From assembly GCA_963727445.1 (NCBI GenBank), contig CAVSGI010000006.1, positions 608,001 to 672,000 of the forward strand: a stretch of DNA of 64,000 nucleotides, given 5' to 3'. This document shows, one piece after another, positions 10,121 to 20,333 of this stretch. The number at the start of each line of letters is the position of its first letter. The stretch's first letter is position 1. The translations under genes were made by a program, and so were the position numbers. The notes beneath the pieces are model-generated. The model had not been told where the DNA came from. It did not search any database and saw only the letters and a program-made list of their open reading frames with translations. This DNA comes from an uncultured delta proteobacterium (GTDB lineage: Bacteria > Myxococcota_A > Polyangia > Polyangiales > B10-G4).

Positions 10121-11210
10121 GAGCGCATCTCCAGTGCCTGGTCCAATGACGTAGAAGGGTTCTCGCTCGTTCGTCGGCCGCCTCGCGGCGTCGGGAAACC
10201 TCGAATGTGCGCGGACCCTCGGTCTCAGTCGTAGCGGGCGATCGAAAGAGATCCGAAGCGTCTACGGGAAGGTCACAAGGGCGCACGCCCGCGTCGACGG
10301 CGACGAGCACCTCGCCCCAGACGCCCTGCGCATGTGGGGTCTGCGTGTGGTCTGCGCCACGCACGAATCGACCGCTCCCCTCCGGCACCTCTCGCCCGAC
10401 CACGCCTCGCACGACGAAAGCGCTCGGCAGCGGGCCCCAGGCGACCAGGAGGGTCTGGATGTCGCCCAGACTCTCGAGGAAGCGCGTCTGCATTTCGTTC
10501 AGGGCGCCCGGGTTGGGCGACGCCGGGACGGGCCCGCCGTCTTCCGCGCTCGCCCGGGCCAGCTCGATGCCCACCGCCACGTCGACCACGGCGTCGCCCG
10601 GCAGGTTGGACTCGTCGCCCGCCACGGCCACGACGAGCTCGAGCGCTGCAGCGGTCTCTCGGAGGTCGCCGAGTTCGGCCGAGTCGAGAGCCATGGACGC
10701 ACGTGCACCACGAATCAGGGCCGCGGTGGCGTGCTCGGCGCCGAGCGCGCGCACGGCGGGCGGCTTCCCATCGCTCAGCGCCGCGAGGCGCGCTTCGAGA
10801 CGGAGGAGCTGCGCGTGCGGCTCCGGATACATGTCAGCGTCGACCTGGGTCAGGAGCGCGCTCACGAAACCGTGCGCTGACAGCTTTTGATTCGGCAGCC
10901 GGACGAAACGAGTGAAATCCGCTCCGGCGTGCTCGAAGAAGCCGCGCGGCGCCACCGCCTCGTCTGCGGCGCAGCCGGCGGTGACGTACGCATCGACCAC
11001 CGCGTTCTGAAAGTCTTCGGTCGCGGCGATGGTGGCCGGCGCGCCGGCGCTGAAGAGCCGACCCCAGCGGCTGATCAGGTAGACCAGGAGCATGTTGCAG
11101 CCCGCCTCCGAGCGGACCTCCGCGAGGTCACCGCTTCGGATCTCGTCGAGAGCCTGGGGATCCTCGCGCTCGGCGCGACCGAGCTTTTCCGCGCGGTAGA
11201 CGTGTTGCAT
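9957..11210 (-). CDS. Hypothetical protein (3' end uncertain; overlaps the convergent gene)
   Basis: Protein-like frame from MQHVYRAEK (11210). The last ~55 codons overlap the + strand gene and look non-coding. Confidence 0.45.
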   Translation of the reverse strand: MQHVYRAEKLGRAEREDPQALDEIRSGDLAEVRSEAGCNMLLVYLISRWGRLFSAGAPATIAATEDFQNAVVDAYVTAGCAADEAVAPRGFFEHAGADFTRFVRLPNQKLSAHGFVSALLTQVDADMYPEPHAQLLRLEARLAALSDGKPPAVRALGAEHATAALIRGARASMALDSAELGDLRETAAALELVVAVAGDESNLPGDAVVDVAVGIELARASAEDGGPVPASPNPGALNEMQTRFLESLGDIQTLLVAWGPLPSAFVVRGVVGREVPEGSGRFVRGADHTQTPHAQGVWGEVLVAVDAGVRPCDLPVDASDLFRSPATTETEGPRTFEVSRRREAADERARTLLRHWTRHWRCALKTRTGGRGIRAPAGRGARRRSSPSPCRDSPPHHRRGARASPPPRPRLRLRRSA

Positions 11211-11319
11211 CTGCGCGGGAGCGTACGTGCGGCTTCCGGTTCGCTCAAGCACGCCGCGTCCGCCTCGCTGAGTCGAACAGTGGTGGTGGCCGCGACCTGA
11301 TGGAGCATACTCTGGGTTC

Positions 11320-13134
11320 GTGCGCGGAGTCCTCGGCATCGTGCTGCTCTCGGCGGTCGCTTGCAGCGACGACGCGGCACCGCCCGCAGACGCTTCCGTG
11401 GACACCGCGACGGTCGACGCGCCGCCCGTCGATTCCGGGCCCCTGGTCACGCCGATAGAGGAAGCTGCGCCGCCGAGCTTCGCTCCATGTCCGTCCGGGT
11501 GGCGAACCACCGCGCATCCCACCCTTGGCCTGGACGTCTGCGAGCCGTGGCCCGCCTCCGGTCGTGCGACCTGCGCTGCGCACGAGATCCATCTACCCGG
11601 GAGCGCGGGGTGTCAGCGGGTCGGCTCTGCCTGTCCTTCCGACGGATGGCCCGCGTCGCTGCCGCCGGGTGAGGTGCTCTTCGTTCGCGCGGGCGCGGCC
11701 GCGGGCGGCGACGGGTCGCGCGCGGCTCCCTTCGGCACCGTGTCAGAAGCCCTCGACGCGGCCGCAGGCGGAACGACCCTCGCCCTCGCCGTCGGGGACT
11801 ACGACGAGGGAGTCGTCGTCTCGGGCCTCCACTCCATCGTCGGTGCCTGCGCCGAGGGAGTCGTGCTCCACCGCACGGACTCCGCCGGCGGGCTTCCGAT
11901 CATCGAGGTCTCCCGCGAGGCGAGCGTCGACCTCCGGGACGTGACCCTGCGCTCCGATCGCGACGATCTCTTCCATGCGACCCAGGCCAACGTCACCATC
12001 CGAAGCGTCGTCTTCGACGGTGTGGGGCTGAGTCAGTACGGCGGCGAAGCCAGCGTCGAAGACGCGCGCTTCGCGGGGCCTGTCAGCGCCGCGCTCTCCG
12101 CCGTGTCCATCTCGAGCGTCGATGTCGCCCACGTGTCTCGGTTGGTCGTCACGGATTCCGACGCCAATGGCGTGACGATCCTCGGCGACGAAGTGACGGT
12201 TTCGGACGTGGCGGTGGCCCACGCCCAATCCGTCGGCTTTCAGGTCACCGCCGCTGTGTCGGCGACGATCGAGCGGGTCGTGGTGGAAGACGTGATGGAT
12301 CTCGGCGTCAGCTTGGATGGGCCGATGACCGTCGCCGATCTGCTCGTGCGGAGAGTCGTCAGAAGCGAGATGGGTGTGGCTGGCGGGCTCGGGACCGTGG
12401 GGGACGTGACGCTCTCCCGGGTACGCGTCGAAGACGCCGGGGACGTCGCGGCGTCCATGGTGGAGGGGATGGTCGAGGTCGACGACCTGGTCATCTTCGG
12501 CGGTCGAGAGGGCGGGGGGTACGAGCGCGGACTGGAGCTCGGAGGGGCGGCGCAGATCGCCATGAACCGCGCGGTCCTCGGCTCGTTGCACGATATCGCT
12601 TTTCTGGTCTTCGACGAGGGCACGGCCGTCGAGCTCTCCGACGTCCGGGTGGAAGACGTCGCCAGCGGGCCTGGCGGGAGATTCGGCCGCTGCCTGCACG
12701 CGCAGCAGGGCTCCAGCGTGACGGCGATCCGCACCCGATTCACCCGCTGTCGCGAGGCCGCGGTCACCGCGTCGTATGGCGCGCGCGTGCAACTGAGAGA
12801 TGCCGTGGTCGAGCACATCCTACCCCTCGACTGCGCGACGGCGGGCTGCCCCGACGCGCAGGCCGGGATCGGCTTCGTCGCGCTCGAAGGGGAGGGGGCC
12901 ATCGACGTCGAGCGCTTCTCGGTGAGCGATGTCGCGCTCGCGGCGGTGCAGGTGATCGAGGGCGGGGGCATCGATCTGCGGGACGGAACGATTCGGGACA
13001 ACCCCGTCGGGATCAACATCCAGGTGGATGGATACGACCTCGCTCGCCTCATGGACCGCGTGGTCTTCGAGAACAACGGTCTGAACCTCGACACCGCAGA
13101 GCTCCCCGTCCCTGCCGCCAGCGCCGGGCCCTGA
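11320..13134 (+). CDS. Secreted lipoprotein with DUF1565-like motif and right-handed beta-helix repeats; paralogue of 7160..9350
   Basis: LSAVAC lipobox; CPSGWR...CEPWP...CPSDGW; FVRAGAAAGGDGSRAAPFGTVSEAL; beta-helix repeats. Confidence 0.8.
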   Translation: MRGVLGIVLLSAVACSDDAAPPADASVDTATVDAPPVDSGPLVTPIEEAAPPSFAPCPSGWRTTAHPTLGLDVCEPWPASGRATCAAHEIHLPGSAGCQRVGSACPSDGWPASLPPGEVLFVRAGAAAGGDGSRAAPFGTVSEALDAAAGGTTLALAVGDYDEGVVVSGLHSIVGACAEGVVLHRTDSAGGLPIIEVSREASVDLRDVTLRSDRDDLFHATQANVTIRSVVFDGVGLSQYGGEASVEDARFAGPVSAALSAVSISSVDVAHVSRLVVTDSDANGVTILGDEVTVSDVAVAHAQSVGFQVTAAVSATIERVVVEDVMDLGVSLDGPMTVADLLVRRVVRSEMGVAGGLGTVGDVTLSRVRVEDAGDVAASMVEGMVEVDDLVIFGGREGGGYERGLELGGAAQIAMNRAVLGSLHDIAFLVFDEGTAVELSDVRVEDVASGPGGRFGRCLHAQQGSSVTAIRTRFTRCREAAVTASYGARVQLRDAVVEHILPLDCATAGCPDAQAGIGFVALEGEGAIDVERFSVSDVALAAVQVIEGGGIDLRDGTIRDNPVGINIQVDGYDLARLMDRVVFENNGLNLDTAELPVPAASAGP

Positions 13135-13270
13135 GGGCCGGCCGCACTCTCGGTCACTGACCGATTCTCCTCGGGGGAGCTCGGGGAGGTGCGCATTCGT
13201 CGTCTCGTAGGACCCGCCGAACACGCGACGGCCCGCTGGCCGGCGCATCGACCAAAGAAACGAGACCAAC

Positions 13271-14671
13271 ATGAAAACGAGCACACTCCTGTCCATCGCC
13301 GCCCTCGCCCTCGCGACGGCATGCGCCGCCGAGGCCGCGCACCCCAGCGCCGAATTCTCCGGCTCGGCGGCAGACCTCGACGCCACCGACGCCGAAGCGA
13401 CCGCGATGCTGCGTGTCGCCAACGAATCGAGCTTCGACACCCTCGACCTCGACGTCGGGCTCGACCGACGCGCCGCTCGAAACATCGTGGACACGCGCGG
13501 CACCGGCTTCACCACCCTCGAGGCGCTCGACGCCGTACCCTGGGTGGGACCGGTCGCTCTCTCGCTGCTCCTCGACTACGCCTACGCCGAAGACATGGTC
13601 GAAGAGGATCCCGCGGCCGTGTACGGCATCGCCGAGGGCTCGCCGGAGGCGCACGGCGTCCTCACGGTGGCCAACACGCTGGACCAGACCACCCTCGACG
13701 ATGCGGTGCGTCTCGACAGTCGGGCGGCGGCCAACATCGTGGCCCTCAGAGGAACGGGCTTCCCCAGCCTGGCCGCGCTCGACGAGGTCCCCTACGTCGC
13801 CGAGCGAGCCTTCGGGAAGCTGCTCGCGTACGCCACTGACAACGGCTACGTGGTGGACCCGTCGGTGGTCGAGTTCGAGGGAGCCGAGCAGTGCAACTCG
13901 AGCGGTGAGTACTACGGCTTCTTCGTCATCTCCGATCCCCCCGCCGCCACGAGCGACGGGCGCATCACGCTGACCTTCCGAAGCGGGAGCCCCTACGGTC
14001 CGCGACCCTTCGACATCGCGATCGAGACGGCGCCCGACGAATGGACGGTGGTCGCGACGACCGTCGGTGCGGTCTCCGAGAGCCAGACGCAGACCTTCCC
14101 CATCTCCGCCGACACCCTGAACGAAGCGATGGGCGCGCTGGGCTGGGTGCGCTTTCGCGTGAACCCGGGCACGGCGTACCTCGCCTGCAGTCAGCTCTCC
14201 CTCACCTACAACTGTCCGAGCTGCCTCGCCTGCCCCGAGGGTGAGGTCGATCGCGGCTTCGGCTGCGAGGCGGCTGACGCCGGCTACGACCGTACGATCC
14301 TCGATCACTCGACGGGCGCCTGCTCCTACCGCGGCGGCGACCTGACCTTCTCCGGCGCCCCCGAGGCGGGCAGCGACGGGACGCTCAGCTTCGACTACGT
14401 GGTCTGCGACGGCGGCAGCGCATCGGTCCGCATGTACACCGACAACGCCGGCTGGGTCTCCATCGGCAGCGACGCCACCGGCCTCTCCTGCGGCTTCACC
14501 ACCGCGACCATGACCATCCCCGAGGCGTATCTCGATCACGCGCGGAACGAAGCCGGGGAGATCCAGATCCGCTACTCCCTGAGCGACCGTTGCGTCGCAG
14601 GGGTCGGCTGCTCCGGCTACAACGATCCGTGCATCCGGCGGATGCGGCTGCAATACGGTCCCCAGCTCTGA
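13271..14671 (+). CDS. Lipoprotein with two tandem helix-hairpin-helix (ComEA-like) units and Cys-rich C-terminal domains
   Basis: LATAC lipobox; two repeats of VAN...TLD..V.LD.RAA.NIV..RGTGF..L.ALD.VP.V. Confidence 0.75.
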   Translation: MKTSTLLSIAALALATACAAEAAHPSAEFSGSAADLDATDAEATAMLRVANESSFDTLDLDVGLDRRAARNIVDTRGTGFTTLEALDAVPWVGPVALSLLLDYAYAEDMVEEDPAAVYGIAEGSPEAHGVLTVANTLDQTTLDDAVRLDSRAAANIVALRGTGFPSLAALDEVPYVAERAFGKLLAYATDNGYVVDPSVVEFEGAEQCNSSGEYYGFFVISDPPAATSDGRITLTFRSGSPYGPRPFDIAIETAPDEWTVVATTVGAVSESQTQTFPISADTLNEAMGALGWVRFRVNPGTAYLACSQLSLTYNCPSCLACPEGEVDRGFGCEAADAGYDRTILDHSTGACSYRGGDLTFSGAPEAGSDGTLSFDYVVCDGGSASVRMYTDNAGWVSIGSDATGLSCGFTTATMTIPEAYLDHARNEAGEIQIRYSLSDRCVAGVGCSGYNDPCIRRMRLQYGPQL

Positions 14672-14742
14672 GCGAGGTCCGGGGGCGGAGGCGACGCGGA
14701 TCTGGATCCGGGTCGCCGCCGCTCCCGAGCTGGCCCATCGAT

Positions 14743-15246
14743 TCAGTCGTCGTGAAAGATGGGCTCGCGAATGCTCGCGAACTCCTGAATCGTCGCGAGG
14801 GCCTCGTCGCTCAGGCGGGTGAAGCGGATGCCCATCCCGGCGCTCAGCTCGCTGTCGAAGGTCACCCCCTGACGCGTCCACGCGACCTCCCCTTCGGCCT
14901 CGACCTCCAGGCCGCCCGGAAACGAAAAGGACAGGGTCACGGCGGTCCCGATGGGCAGCAGCGAGACCGTCGTCAGGAAGATGCCGCCCTCCGAGACGTC
15001 CCCGGAGAAGCCAACGAAGAAGTTCGTCTCGGTGCGCAGGCCGATCTCCACTGCGATGCGGGCCCGATGTGCCTGACGGCGTTCGTCTTCGACCTTGGGG
15101 GGCGGCTCGGAGAGCTCGGTGAACCACTCTCGGTAATAGCTGGTGAGCTCGGCTTTGGTGTTTCCCTGACCGTGCACGATGCCGCGCCACCGAAGCTCGG
15201 CAAACATCTCCTCCTTGGTCAGCTTTGCGAAGTCGTCGGGCGTCAT
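14743..15246 (-). CDS. TIGR02266-family (myxobacterial PilZ-like) protein with small N-terminal helical module
   Basis: ERRQAHR, NFFVGFSGDVSEGGIFLTT, EGEVAWTR, GMGIRFTRL. Confidence 0.85.
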   Translation of the reverse strand: MTPDDFAKLTKEEMFAELRWRGIVHGQGNTKAELTSYYREWFTELSEPPPKVEDERRQAHRARIAVEIGLRTETNFFVGFSGDVSEGGIFLTTVSLLPIGTAVTLSFSFPGGLEVEAEGEVAWTRQGVTFDSELSAGMGIRFTRLSDEALATIQEFASIREPIFHDD

Positions 15247-15247
15247 C

Positions 15248-15706
15248 TCAGTGGCAGTTGGAGAAGTCGAGGTCGCCTCGCACCATGCCGCCCGAGTGCA
15301 GCGCGCAATCGAAACGCGCGTGCCCCCGCATCACGCGAACGCCGTTGATGAGGGTGTTCGTCGGCTGCACCAGGACGTCGAGTGTCGAGCAGTTGTCGCG
15401 GCTGAGCTGGAGGCCTTCGCCGGGGGTGGCGGCGTTCACCAGCGTCAGCGTCGGTCCCTGTCCGGGGTTGGGGTTCTCGACGATCCGCATCACCACCTGC
15501 TGGTCCGCCGACCCCACGTCCACCCCGAGGAAGTACTCCCGCGCGCCCGACTCGCAGATGGTCATCGGCGCGTCGAAGGAGCCGATCCCGGTGTCCTTGA
15601 CGGCGACCGCGCCGGTCACGTGAGACCGAAACGCTCCACAGCCGGCCCAGGCGAAAGCCACGGCGAGGATGGCGAGGGTCGAGGTGCACCGCGCGAAACG
15701 AGTCAT
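15248..15706 (-). CDS. Hypothetical lipoprotein
   Basis: FAWAGC lipobox-like signal. Its stop lies 1 nt before the start of the PilZ-like gene. Confidence 0.7.
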   Translation of the reverse strand: MTRFARCTSTLAILAVAFAWAGCGAFRSHVTGAVAVKDTGIGSFDAPMTICESGAREYFLGVDVGSADQQVVMRIVENPNPGQGPTLTLVNAATPGEGLQLSRDNCSTLDVLVQPTNTLINGVRVMRGHARFDCALHSGGMVRGDLDFSNCH

Positions 15707-15789
15707 GTGCCGAAGGCCAGAATACGCCCCTCCTGACGACGAACGAACCGTAATCGCCTTTCGTTTCGGTCCTGGCCATGCTGGGAAAC

Positions 15790-17433
15790 ATGGGACTGCG
15801 CCTCCTGTTTTCGATCGCGGCTGCGGGCCTGCTCGGCGGGTGCGTGGGGCAGATCAGCGATGTCGGGGGGGCGCCGGGCGACGCGCCGGACATCGACCCC
15901 TTCGACCCGCCCGAGGGGTATTGCGACGGCGCCGGACCCGACCTCGCCGACGTCCCGATCCGGCGTCTGAGCCGCGTCGAGTACATGAACACGGTTCGGG
16001 ACGTGCTCTTCGGCGCCAGCTTCGAGATGCCCGAGATCCCCGGCGACATCACCGAGCAGGGCTTCGAGAACGTCTCGCGGCACCTGAGCCCCTCGACGCT
16101 CCTGGTCGAGCGCCACGAGGCCACGGTGACCGCGGCCGCAGAAGCGGCGATGAACGACGCCGCCGTCCGTGATCAGATCCTGCCCTGCGCGGGATGGGAT
16201 ACGCCCGCCGCCCAGAGCGACTGCGCCGAGATCTTCCTCGCGACCTTCGGGCAGCGCGCCTTCCGTCGTCCTCTGGACGCGGACGAGACGGCGTTCATGC
16301 TCGATTTCATCGAGCAGCAGGCGGCGGCCATCGACTTCGAAGCCGCGATCGAGCTCGCGATAGGCGCGCTCCTGATGTCGCCCGAGTTCACCTATCGGGT
16401 CGAGGTCGGCGAGGGCACAGAGGTGACGCCCTTCGAGATGGCGAGCCGGCTCTCGTACTTCCTGTGGCAGACGATGCCCGACGACGAGCTCTTCGCCGCC
16501 GCCGAGCGAGGCGAGCTGACGACGCGCACCGAGATCGAGGCGCAGGCCTTGCGAATGCTCGAAGACCCGCGCGCCGCCGAGGCCTTCACGGACTTCCACC
16601 GGCAGTGGCTCGACTTCGATCGCGTTCTCGACGAGGCGAAGGACGGGGTGCTCTTTTCGAGCTGGAGCCCCGCGCTCCGCGACGCCGTGCGCGAAGAGAG
16701 CGATCGATTCGTCGAGAGCATCTTCGAAGGTGACGCGACCCTGGGCTCGCTCCTGACCAGCCAACGGACGTGGGTGAACGGGCCGCTGGCCGCGCACTAC
16801 GGGCTGCCGCCGGTCTCGGATTGGACCCAGGTCGAGCTGCCGGCCGGCGAACGATTGGGGATCCTCACCCGCGCCGACTTCCTCGCCGGTCACTCTCACT
16901 CGACGAACGCCTCGCCGGTGCTCCGCGGCGTGATGGTCCTCGATCGCGTGCTGTGCATGGCGCCGGGCGCGCCTCCGCCGGGCGCCGCTGCTTCGGCGCC
17001 GGAGGTCCCGCCGGACGCCGTGATGACCAACCGCGAGGTCTTCGCGCTCCGCACCTCGCCCGACGCCTGCCAATCCTGTCACCAGCAGATCAACGGCATC
17101 GGCTTCGGGTTCGAGAGCTACGACGCGATCGGCCAGTTCCGGACTCGAGACAACACGCTGCCCGTCGATGCGAGCGGGGAGCTGATTGGCACCGACGTCG
17201 ACGGACACTTCGCGGACGCGGTCGAGCTCTCGGAGATGCTCGCGGGGAGCGAGACCGTGCGCGACTGCACTGCGACCATGTGGGTCCGCTACGCGACGGG
17301 ACACACGGTGGCGCCGGCCGACGCGTGCCTCCTCGAAGAGGCGCGCACTTCCCTCGAGCAGAGCGGCGGTGACGTTCGACAGATGCTCGTGGACATCGTC
17401 ACGAGCCCGCACTTCACGCGAGGGGTCCGATGA
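15790..17433 (+). CDS. DUF1592/DUF1588/DUF1585/DUF1587/DUF1595 (PSCyt-type) lipoprotein with CxxCH motif
   Basis: RRLSRVEYMNTVRD, RAFRRPL, LMSPEFTYRVE, ASRLSYFLW..MPDDEL, SPVLRG, CQSCH, GFGFESYDAIGQFR. Confidence 0.9.
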   Translation: MGLRLLFSIAAAGLLGGCVGQISDVGGAPGDAPDIDPFDPPEGYCDGAGPDLADVPIRRLSRVEYMNTVRDVLFGASFEMPEIPGDITEQGFENVSRHLSPSTLLVERHEATVTAAAEAAMNDAAVRDQILPCAGWDTPAAQSDCAEIFLATFGQRAFRRPLDADETAFMLDFIEQQAAAIDFEAAIELAIGALLMSPEFTYRVEVGEGTEVTPFEMASRLSYFLWQTMPDDELFAAAERGELTTRTEIEAQALRMLEDPRAAEAFTDFHRQWLDFDRVLDEAKDGVLFSSWSPALRDAVREESDRFVESIFEGDATLGSLLTSQRTWVNGPLAAHYGLPPVSDWTQVELPAGERLGILTRADFLAGHSHSTNASPVLRGVMVLDRVLCMAPGAPPPGAAASAPEVPPDAVMTNREVFALRTSPDACQSCHQQINGIGFGFESYDAIGQFRTRDNTLPVDASGELIGTDVDGHFADAVELSEMLAGSETVRDCTATMWVRYATGHTVAPADACLLEEARTSLEQSGGDVRQMLVDIVTSPHFTRGVR

Positions 17434-18857
17434 GCGCGACGCGACGACGATTCCTTCAAGCGCTCGGGCTCGGTGGCGCGAGCCTCCTGCTTCCCTCCCT
17501 GGGACGGCGCGGCGCGAGCCCCGCCCGCGCGGAAGGCGAGTACCCCACGCGCCTCTTGATCTTCACGACCCAGCACGGCGCACCGCGCCAGCACTGGCAG
17601 ATGGACCTGCCGGGGCTGCCCGCCGCCGCCGATGGATACGTCGACCTCGCGCCTCTCGCCGCCACGGACTTCAGCCACGTCCTCGCGCCGCTCTACGACG
17701 TGCGCGACCGGGTCACGATCGTCCAGGGACTGTCGATGATGTCGTCGATGCTCGACGATCCGGGCAACAACCACGGCGTCTCGTGGGCGCACCTTCTGAC
17801 CAACGCCTACGCCAACTACGACGAGCCTTTTCAGACCAGCGGCGGGATCCACCCCGTCGCGCGCGGCCGCTCCATCGATCAGTACATCGCCGCGCAGGTC
17901 TCGACCGCGGGGATGATCCCGACCCTCGAGTGGGGTGGGGGAGGGCGTTTCGCCAGCGGGCCTGTCGGCTACGCGACGGGGCCGGACGGATCGTGGCTCC
18001 CCTACGAGACCGACCCCGCCCGGGCCTTCGCGCGGCTCTTCCCGATGGGCCCACCCGACCCGGCGATGGCCGCGCCCAGCCGCCGCGACCTGATCCGCGC
18101 GGCGCGCCCGAGCGTGCTCGACGCCGCCGCGGAGCTCTACGACACGACGATCCCCCGCCTCGCCGCCGAGGATCGCACGAAGCTCGAACAGCACCGCGAC
18201 CTGATCCGCGACCTCGAGGCCCGCCTCAGCGGAACCGCGACGGGTGGGGCCGCCTGCGATCCGAGCTACGACGATACGGCGAGCCGCTACGACCAGTTCT
18301 TTCAGCTCCTCTCGGTCGCTTTCTCCTGCGACCTCACGCGCGTCGCGACCATCGACGTACCCCAGCTCTCGACCAGCGACTTCGGCGCGCCTCCGGGTGA
18401 CGTCCACGAGGTGTACGCCCACGGAACCAGCCCCGAGGCGTACATGGCCATGGCGGATTACTACCGCTACCATGCGAACCAGTTCCGTTCGCTCGTCGAG
18501 CACCTCGACGCCATCCCCGAGGGCAGCGGGACGCTGCTCGACAACACGGTGGTGCTCTGGTTCACCGAGCTCGCGACCGGGGGCCACGACATGGCGGACA
18601 CGCTCGCGGTCGTCGCGGGCGGCGGGGGCGGCGCGCTCAGCCCTGGCAGGTACGTGCGCTTCGCGCAGAATCGCCCGAACCCCTGCTCGACCTACGGCTG
18701 TCTCGGCGGCGGCAACATCGGTCCCGGCCACAGCCACCTCTTCGTGAACGCGATGCAGGCGATGGGCCTCAGCGACGACTCCTACGGCATCGCGAGCGCC
18801 TCCGCCCTCGACGGCTCCGCCATCGATCTCTCCGGCCCGCTGCCCTTCGTGAGCTGA
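17430..18857 (+). CDS. DUF1552 domain protein (Tat signal)
   Basis: TRRRFLQALG signal; SIDQYIA, AFSCDLTRVATI, GTLLDNTVVLW. ATGA overlap with the DUF1592 gene. Confidence 0.9.
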   Translation: MSATRRRFLQALGLGGASLLLPSLGRRGASPARAEGEYPTRLLIFTTQHGAPRQHWQMDLPGLPAAADGYVDLAPLAATDFSHVLAPLYDVRDRVTIVQGLSMMSSMLDDPGNNHGVSWAHLLTNAYANYDEPFQTSGGIHPVARGRSIDQYIAAQVSTAGMIPTLEWGGGGRFASGPVGYATGPDGSWLPYETDPARAFARLFPMGPPDPAMAAPSRRDLIRAARPSVLDAAAELYDTTIPRLAAEDRTKLEQHRDLIRDLEARLSGTATGGAACDPSYDDTASRYDQFFQLLSVAFSCDLTRVATIDVPQLSTSDFGAPPGDVHEVYAHGTSPEAYMAMADYYRYHANQFRSLVEHLDAIPEGSGTLLDNTVVLWFTELATGGHDMADTLAVVAGGGGGALSPGRYVRFAQNRPNPCSTYGCLGGGNIGPGHSHLFVNAMQAMGLSDDSYGIASASALDGSAIDLSGPLPFVS

Positions 18858-18861
18858 AGCC

Positions 18862-20292
18862 GTGGAATCGAAAGATCACCGCCTCGCACCGCCGCTCTGG
18901 CTGCTCCTCGCGCTGCCCATGCTCTCGGGGCTCGGATGTGAAGGGATCATGAGCGGCACCACCACCGGGGACGCGTCGGCGATGGAGGACGGAAGCGTCG
19001 CGGGAGACGGCGCGGTCGCTTCGCCTCCCGATGGCTCCGCCACGTCCGACGCGGGCCCAGACGCCGACGCGGCGACCGTCGACGCCGGCCCGACCTGCGA
19101 CCCACCGCCCGGGCCGCCGGCGATCACCGGCGCGACCCACGACGTCCGCCCTGGGGACGACCTCGGCGAGGCGATGGCTGCTGCGGCGAGTGGCGACGAG
19201 ATCGTCGTTCACGCCGGCAGCTATGGCGACGTCGACGTTCGAGACCTCGCATTCGATGGCCTTCTGGTCATCCGGGCCGCCGACGCAGAGAGCGCGGACT
19301 TCGGTTCGCTCTGGTTCGAGCGGGTCCACGGCGTCTACGTCGAGGGGCTCTCGTTTTCGAGCACGGTGACTGTGCAGAGCGGAGAGCGCGTGGTCTTCGA
19401 TGGCGTCTCCATCGACGTGGGCGACATCGGCGGGGCCGCCTTCCACGTGCGCGGGCGGGGCGGAGAGCTCGGGAGCAAGGAGATCACCCTTCGCCGATCC
19501 GTCGTCTCCGGCGGCGCGCGCACCCTCTTCCTCCAATCCCTGTTCACCCCCGCTGACGAGTGGAATCAGGACATCGTCGTCGAGGACAACGACGTGACCT
19601 GCGATGCCTACGGATGCGTTCAGATCTCCGGCTCCCAGCACGTGCGGATCGAAGGCAACGTCTTCCGCGATTCCCAGGGCGACGGCGTGCTCCTCGCGGG
19701 CGCCATCGACGTCGAGGTGCTCCGGAACCGCTTCGTCGGCATCGCGGGCGCGTCGGGGGGCGCCATCCGCGTGGCGAGCCCCGGGCGCGAATGGGACGAC
19801 TTCGACGGCGTGCGCTACATGGTCTCCGAGGACGTCCGCATCGCGAACAACCTCGTCACCGACTACGGAAACGGGATCGAGCTCCTCGCCTGCCGCCGCG
19901 TCGACATCGTCTTCAATACCGTCATCGGCGGCCGCGGCCTGTACACCTGGCGCCGCACGCCTCACGACCGCTCGGGTGCGGAGATCCTCGTCGGCAACGA
20001 CGACTACCGCCTCTGGAACAACGTCCTTCCCGAGATCGCCATCGACGATGGCGACCCACGCCCGACGCTCGAGTCGCACAACGCGGTGCTGCGCGGCGGA
20101 GCGGGGGAGGGCCTCGTCACCGACGATCCAGGCGTCGATTCGGAGGGTGCGCTCGCGGCTGGCAGCCCGTTGCGGGACGCAGCGCTCGCGCACGCCGACA
20201 ATCCCGCCGACGATCTCGACGGCGATCTTCGCGTGGGGACGCCCGACATCGGCGCCATCGAAGATGGCGCGGTGGCCCCCTGTGCGCCGTAG
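18862..20292 (+). CDS. Secreted right-handed beta-helix lipoprotein with C-terminal choice-of-anchor-Q-like motif
   Basis: LGC lipobox; GDEIVVHAGSY; IEGNVF/IANNLV repeats; DDLDGDLR...PDIGAIE. Confidence 0.8.
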   Translation: MESKDHRLAPPLWLLLALPMLSGLGCEGIMSGTTTGDASAMEDGSVAGDGAVASPPDGSATSDAGPDADAATVDAGPTCDPPPGPPAITGATHDVRPGDDLGEAMAAAASGDEIVVHAGSYGDVDVRDLAFDGLLVIRAADAESADFGSLWFERVHGVYVEGLSFSSTVTVQSGERVVFDGVSIDVGDIGGAAFHVRGRGGELGSKEITLRRSVVSGGARTLFLQSLFTPADEWNQDIVVEDNDVTCDAYGCVQISGSQHVRIEGNVFRDSQGDGVLLAGAIDVEVLRNRFVGIAGASGGAIRVASPGREWDDFDGVRYMVSEDVRIANNLVTDYGNGIELLACRRVDIVFNTVIGGRGLYTWRRTPHDRSGAEILVGNDDYRLWNNVLPEIAIDDGDPRPTLESHNAVLRGGAGEGLVTDDPGVDSEGALAAGSPLRDAALAHADNPADDLDGDLRVGTPDIGAIEDGAVAPCAP

Positions 20293-20333
20293 AGCGGGCC
20301 TGGGCCGCGGGGTCAATCGGGTAACATGCACCG

